Source: Chrysomallon squamiferum (lineage: Eukaryota > Animalia > Mollusca). From it: a stretch of 64,000 bases of DNA. How positions within the stretch are numbered: the first letter of the stretch is position 1; each line of letters opens with the position of its first letter. This document shows, piece by piece, positions 38,896 through 64,000 of this stretch. The DNA lies in contig CM022679.1 in the NCBI GenBank assembly GCA_012295275.1, positions 26,226,001-26,290,000 of the forward strand, given 5' to 3'. The translations under genes were made by a program, and so were the position numbers. The notes under the pieces were generated by a model. The model was not told where the DNA came from, ran no database searches, and saw nothing but the letters and a program-made list of their open reading frames with translations.

Positions 38896-39482
38896 TTCTC
38901 TCTCTCACTCACAAACACACACATACACATTAACACACTCATGTGGACAAATCTGTGATAACTATAAAAATTTGTCATTTAAATTTAAAAAAAGTAACAT
39001 TCTATTCTAGAAATAATGAACCCTGTAAATTACATCTGAACTCCCATGAACTCTCTAAACAAAACAAAACAAAACAAAACATCAACTCCCAAAACAAAAC
39101 AAAACAGAACCTCTGCCCTAAATTAAATACTTTGCATGTGGCAAGATTCAGAGATAAACTGCTTCCCATTATTTATCTACCGATGTCAAGTTTTTCTTTT
39201 TTAACTCATTTCCAAAGATCAGATTGAAGATGAGCTACACTTTGACTTGAAAACCTGAGCCAGGAGTGACTTTACTTAAATTTATTATTAGTCTTTTATG
39301 CTGTTTAAACAAATAATAATAAAAATAAAGAAAATAAAAATAATTTTTGTTTTTTTTAAAAAGCCTCTCCTGCTTGCTGTCATTAAAAAACAAAGAAAAA
39401 AACAACAACAAAAAAACTCCACTAAAGAACAAAAACAAAACAAATAATTAAACAAATCTTCACCAAAATAAGCAGGAAATAC

Positions 39483-39483
<1 letters not shown>

Positions 39484-39556
<73 letters not shown>

Positions 39557-39566
39557 CAACAACAAT
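39484..39566. repeat. (AAT)n/(AAC)n microsatellite
   Basis: Seen directly. Confidence 0.9.
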
Positions 39567-40741
39567 ACACCATTTTCTTAGTTTCCTTCAGTACATTTTT
39601 TTTTTTTCAGTTATTTTATTTTATTGTCAGCATATCTTTTGGCATATTTAACTTTAAAATATGTTAATTTTTTTATTTACTTATTTGTTTGTTTATGCTG
39701 TGTATGTCAGTGTATATATTTTATGTAGTGACAAACCAGAAAATATGAGACACTGTATTTTAAACTGGGTTCCATTTTGTGCAGTATTCTTTTATTCTGT
39801 TTTTTACAATGTTAGATTACATGAAGCATGGCTGTTTACTGATACTTCAGTGGAGGTGTACATTACTTAGAACCTCAGATCAATTTAACATCAGATATAT
39901 ATATATATATACATAGACAGATTGACATATATATAATGCATAGACTGAACTGTGTATCTGTGTATGTGACGTGTGAATTTATGGCTATAGTCTTTTAGTC
40001 TTTTTTAGAAGTAACAGAAATAAATTGTACATAATTTTAAAACTTAGACCAGTGTTGAATGCCTAATATATTATCAGTTCAGTTTTAAATATTGTTAGCA
40101 AACTTTTGTATCAGTTCACATTTTAATCAGTTTGATATGTTGAATTCTGAAAACAGATAATTATATATTTTTAAGCTTTAAGAACAAAAAGAATTGTTAT
40201 TTATTTCCATGAAAAAGTTTGACTTAAACAGAATTATTTAAAGAGTTCTACACAGTGAAATGAATATTCTTGTTTTTTGTCATGTTTTTACTAGATCATT
40301 TTACTATTTGTTTTAAATCTGATATTATTATTTGTTCATCATGTGGTCTTCCTTCTTACAGAAATATTTCTTTTCGTAAAAAAGTTTATACTTTAGACAC
40401 ACACACACACACAAAAACCCTGCATATATGTTACATACACATATATATATATATTTGCATACATAAAAATACACAAACGCACATGCACACACACACAGGT
40501 ATATACATTCATACATACACATGCATATGTTCAAACACACACACAAACTTACTGCAAGATATACCATTTTATACTATATTTTGACCTTAAAAAGTTAAAG
40601 CATAAAGTTTGCCTGTTTGATTTATTTCTCTACATGCATTTCTTTATATGAGACATAATACATAGTGACATATTATTTGTTCATTGTCTGGTTTTCTTTT
40701 TTAGACTAATATTTCTTTTTGTAAAACAGTTTTGTACTTTA

Positions 40742-40792
<51 letters not shown>

Positions 40793-41519
40793 TACATACA
40801 TTGAAACACCCACCCACACACATACATACATATATTTGATCTGTTTTCATAATCACTGTATGCTTTATTTCTGTACATATGTTGCTTTATCAGAGGCATA
40901 ATACATAGATAGTGATGTATCAAATGTCACACACAAAAACCTGTTAAAGCCAATATACATCAGGAAATATTTTTGAGATTTTAAAAATATTTTCTTTTCT
41001 TCTTTTTACCTGTCTATAGCATTTACACAATAGGATGTAACTGAAGAATATTTGTAAATAATTTTGTTGATGATGTACATATTTTATCAGCTTATGTAGA
41101 CATTTAATTTCTCTGAGAAGAAAAAAAGATTTAAAAAAAAAATTTGATTCTGTTTGGTGAAATAACAATTGCTATTGTAATTAGCCACATGTGGCATGTA
41201 TTTCACTGGTTTCAGTTCTGCTATGCCATGAACTCACACTTGTCACAGTTTCAGTACAGTTTTATGAATTAATTTGACAATTTCCAGTTCCAACAGTTTG
41301 CTCCAGGTCTCGTTCATTGCAAGGCATAGCTTATGCTTTCCCCTTAACAGATAAAAAATAAATTAACACCACAGTCGAGGTGATTCCCAGTCATTTGTTT
41401 TTAATGTTGCTGATATTATTCTTATGTATTTGACAGTAATTTAAATTGAATTAATCAAATCATTTGTTCATTGGACAATATTATGTTTATTTTGATATTG
41501 AGGTATTTATATATATATA

Positions 41520-41543
41520 TAGATAGATAGATAGATAGATAGC

Positions 41544-41613
<70 letters not shown>

Positions 41614-41632
41614 CATACATACATACATACAT
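41520..41632. repeat. (GATA)n/(CATA)n microsatellite
   Basis: Seen directly. Confidence 0.9.
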
Positions 41633-41799
41633 ATGTACTTACACACACAAGTGTATCATGCACATAGATACACACTCAAGAGTGCACACATACATACACA
41701 CCTACATACATACATACATACAAACACACATATACACATACTAATATATATATACATACACACAACACAGACAACGCATTCATTAGATATACTAATTTG

Positions 41800-41837
<38 letters not shown>

Positions 41838-42419
41838 TTTCGTTCTAAAAATTTAAAACAAAATTTCAACATAAGACAGTTGTCACAGTTAACTTTTCTT
41901 TTGAAACATTTCACCTCACACATTTACCATACAGCTGTATTTGTATGAATAATTCAGCTTTTTTTACACTCAACAGGATATTATGTGTAATACTGCACAC
42001 GTTTAATTATACATGACAGGCTGTGTAATAACTTGTTTGTCTCTCCAACAGAGAGCAAGCACTCCTAGCTTGTCAACAAGTAATTAAAGAGTCCCATTTA
42101 TTCACAGCCTGTGCAGTGGAAACACATACAGACACACAAACTCACACACATATATGTATATATATGTATAATGTATGGAAATGCATATAATGTATTTAGG
42201 TATGCATGTGAATGTAGATACATACATGTATGTTAGTGTGAATAGATACATGTTGTATGTGTGTGTTTAATTTTTGTTACCTATTTGAAAGTTTATAATG
42301 TTTAGAAACACATATTAGATGGTCTAGTCATTATGTGTCTGTGATAATATTTTACTGAATAAAACAACATTCTGGTTTGCACACACGTTGTTCTGACAAA
42401 TACTAAAAGTTTGATGTGT

Positions 42420-43955
42420 TGACATGTTGTGTACTGAGACTTTCTTGTATTGATATGTTCATATGCTGACATTTTGTTGTGCTGATGTCTTTGTTGTTCT
42501 GACATGTTGTGTTGATATTTTGTTGTATTGACATTTTATTCTGACATGTTGATGTAGTGCTGACATCATGGCATGCTGACACATTTTGTTTTACTGACAT
42601 ATTGTTGTGCTGACATGTACTGACTTTCTGTTATGCTGACATGTACTGACTTTTTGATGTGCTGACATGTACTGACTTTTTGATGTGCTGACATGTACTG
42701 ACTTTCTGTTATGCTGACATGTACTGAGTTTCTGTTATGCTGACATGTACTGACTTTTTGATGTGCTGACATGTACTGACTTTTTGATGTGCTGACATGT
42801 ACTGACTTTTTGATGTGCTGACATGTACTGACTTTCTGTTATGCTGACATGTACTGAGTTTCTGTTATGCTGACATGTACTGACTTTCTGTTATGCTGAC
42901 GTACTGAGTTTCTGTTATGCTGACATGTACTGACTTTTTGATGTGCTGACATGTACTGACTTTTTGATGTGCTGACATGTACTGACTTTCTGTTGTGCTG
43001 ACATGTACTGACTTTCTGTTGTGCTGACATGAACTGACTTTCTGTTGTGCTGACATGTACTGACTTTCTGTTGTGCTGACATGTACTGACTTTCTGTTAT
43101 GCTGACCTGTTGTACTGACTTTTGGTTCTGCTGACATGTTGTACTGACTTTCTGTTGAACTAACGTACTGACTTTCTGTTATGCTGACAGGTTGTACTGA
43201 CTTTCGGTTCTGCTGACATGTTGTACTGACTTTCTGTTGAACTAACGTACTGACTTTCTGTTGTACTGACCTGTTGTACTGACTTTCTGTTATGCTGACA
43301 GGTTGTACTGACTTTCTGTTGTGTTGACATGTACTGACTCTCTGTTGCACTGACATGTACTGACTTTCTGTTGTGCTGACATGTACTGACTTTCTGTTGT
43401 GCTGACATGTACTGACTTTCTGTTATGCTGACAGGTTGTACTGACTTTCGGTTCTGCTGACATGTTGTACTGACTTTCTGTTGAACTAACGTACTGACTT
43501 TCTGTTGTACTGACTTTCTGTTATGCTGACAGGTTGTACTGACTTTCTGTTGTGTTGACATGTACTGACTTTCTGTTGCACTGACATGTACTGACTTTCT
43601 GTTGTGCTGACATGTACTGACTTTCTGTTATGCTGACATGTACTGACTTTCTGTTGTGCTGACATGTACTGACTTTCTGTTGTGCTGACATGTACTGACT
43701 TTCTGTTATGCTGACATGTACTGACTTTCTGTTATGCTGGCATGTACTGACTTTCTGTTGTGCTGACATGTACTGACTTTCTGTTGTGCTGACATGTACT
43801 GAGTTTCTGTTATGCTGACATGTACTGACTTTCTGTTATGCTGACATGTACTGACTTTCTGTTGTGCTGACATGTACTGACTTTCTGTTGTGCTGACACA
43901 TTGTACTGACTTTCTGTTGTGCTGACATGTTGTATTGACTTTCTGTTGTGTGTTG
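42420..43955. repeat. 26-bp minisatellite (GCTGACATGTACTGACTTTCTGTTRT and variants) with degenerate flanks
   Basis: About 50 tandem units visible directly; core 42608-43950; source of the repetitive MSAQQKVSTCQHNRKSV ORFs. Confidence 0.95.
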
Positions 43956-45039
43956 ACACATTAGTACAAGTTGTTCAGTGAGAAAACTCCTTTATTGCAC
44001 CATCATCCTTTTTTATATAAAAGAAGAGAAGAAACAAAATGCACAGACATAAGAAGTGATCTAAACATAGGTTTTAATATCCATATTACTGGTAACTACA
44101 GACAGATGTTGAAGATAGAGAACACTAAAATGTTTACAAACCATGGTATATTACATTTCTCTTCTTTACAGATATTTTGATTTGCACAGTTCTGTAAATT
44201 TGCTTATATATATCTCTCTAGAAAGGGGTCTATGCATAAACCTGCTATATGTAATTTAATACACTGAAGAAGAATTATCTATTTTTTAATCCATAAAATA
44301 AAGAAAAAAAAGAAAAAAAGTAGGAACATTAAAAATACTGTTTTTGAAAAACGTTTTTTGTAAGGTCAGACTGTTCTTTACATTGCCCTGACTTCATTGT
44401 CAAATGCACAGAACAAAAAAAGGATCAAATCCAGAGTACTGTACCAGGGATGTTTCATTAATGAGGGTTGAATTATTACCTGAAACTGTTATTTCAATAA
44501 ACAGTGGTACAGTCTGGCAGTGTTTTTTCATATGGCTTACAATATCACTTGTGACACCTCTGTAAGAAATCAAAACCCACTGAGAATGTGTGGCAGTTTA
44601 AAAGGAGATGCAGGTATCTTCACTCCATTGTTTAGAGTGGTTTTGTTGCAGGTTCTACAGTAATTGCTTTCAGTAAGTTTAGTAAATACAGGGTGTCTTT
44701 TATCCTAAAAATCGTGGCTAATATATTACTGTGAACGATACATAGGTACATATATTATGTGGAAACCTTTTTTTTTTTTTTTTTTTTACACTATATTTAA
44801 TTTATTCATTAAGTTTACAAATAATGTTCAAAATGCTGTCCATTAATTTAAATACATTTTTCAACTTACCTATTTATTAATTGACGTGGGTAGCATTTCA
44901 GTGTACATATTTGAATCATACAGTGTTTGGTTGCTTATGACTCACACAGTATTCCGGTTTTCTGTCAGATAGGAAACTCACTTTTCTTTTTTAATAAATA
45001 TTTCATACTTTGTTGTATTCTCTTTCAGGCAGATGCACA

Positions 45040-63798
<18,759 letters not shown>

Positions 63799-64000
63799 GT
63801 ATTTCACTTTCTAACCAACTGATTTGATCTTTAGTGCACTGCTTGACATTCAAAATCCTCAACACTCTTCTTTGTTTACTTATTATGTAATATAACAGCA
63901 TGAATTTGGAATTGTGAGGTTAATAATCAATGATGTAATTTTTTTTTCTTCTTTCATAATCTTATTTTTTATTATTATTTTTAATAACAACAACAATAAT

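Noticed and set aside
42302-43769. Repetitive - strand ORFs (MSAQQKVSTCQHNRKSV...)
   Set aside because: Translations of a 26-bp minisatellite cycling through frames; stops and frame breaks; no splice context.

Overview
AT-rich, microsatellite-laden metazoan genomic DNA with spliceosomal introns, most likely an invertebrate (mollusc, possibly gastropod; inferred). Three protein-coding genes. (1) The 3' end of a + strand Arg/Ser/Asp-rich gene (to 1597), with an apparent +1 frameshift at AAA-TAA (342-347). (2) A complete - strand DOK7 orthologue (7 coding exons, 31629->7222, 1539 aa). Its PH-PTB head is followed by a 3036-nt phase 1-1 exon holding all the YxxM docking sites, and the next intron carries a cluster of Rbfox (U)GCAUG motifs. 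Skipping that exon would give a 527-aa protein, close to vertebrate DOK7 size. (3) A divergently transcribed + strand Ig/DB-module/FN3 (IGDB-type) surface or secreted protein: signal peptide, Ig, then four 5-exon DB+FN3 cassettes, running off the window end. Its introns contain several minisatellites that abut or duplicate splice sites. No rRNA, tRNA, CRISPR array or intact transposase gene was seen. All exon boundaries were derived by hand from GT/AG sites and frame continuity, with no transcript evidence.
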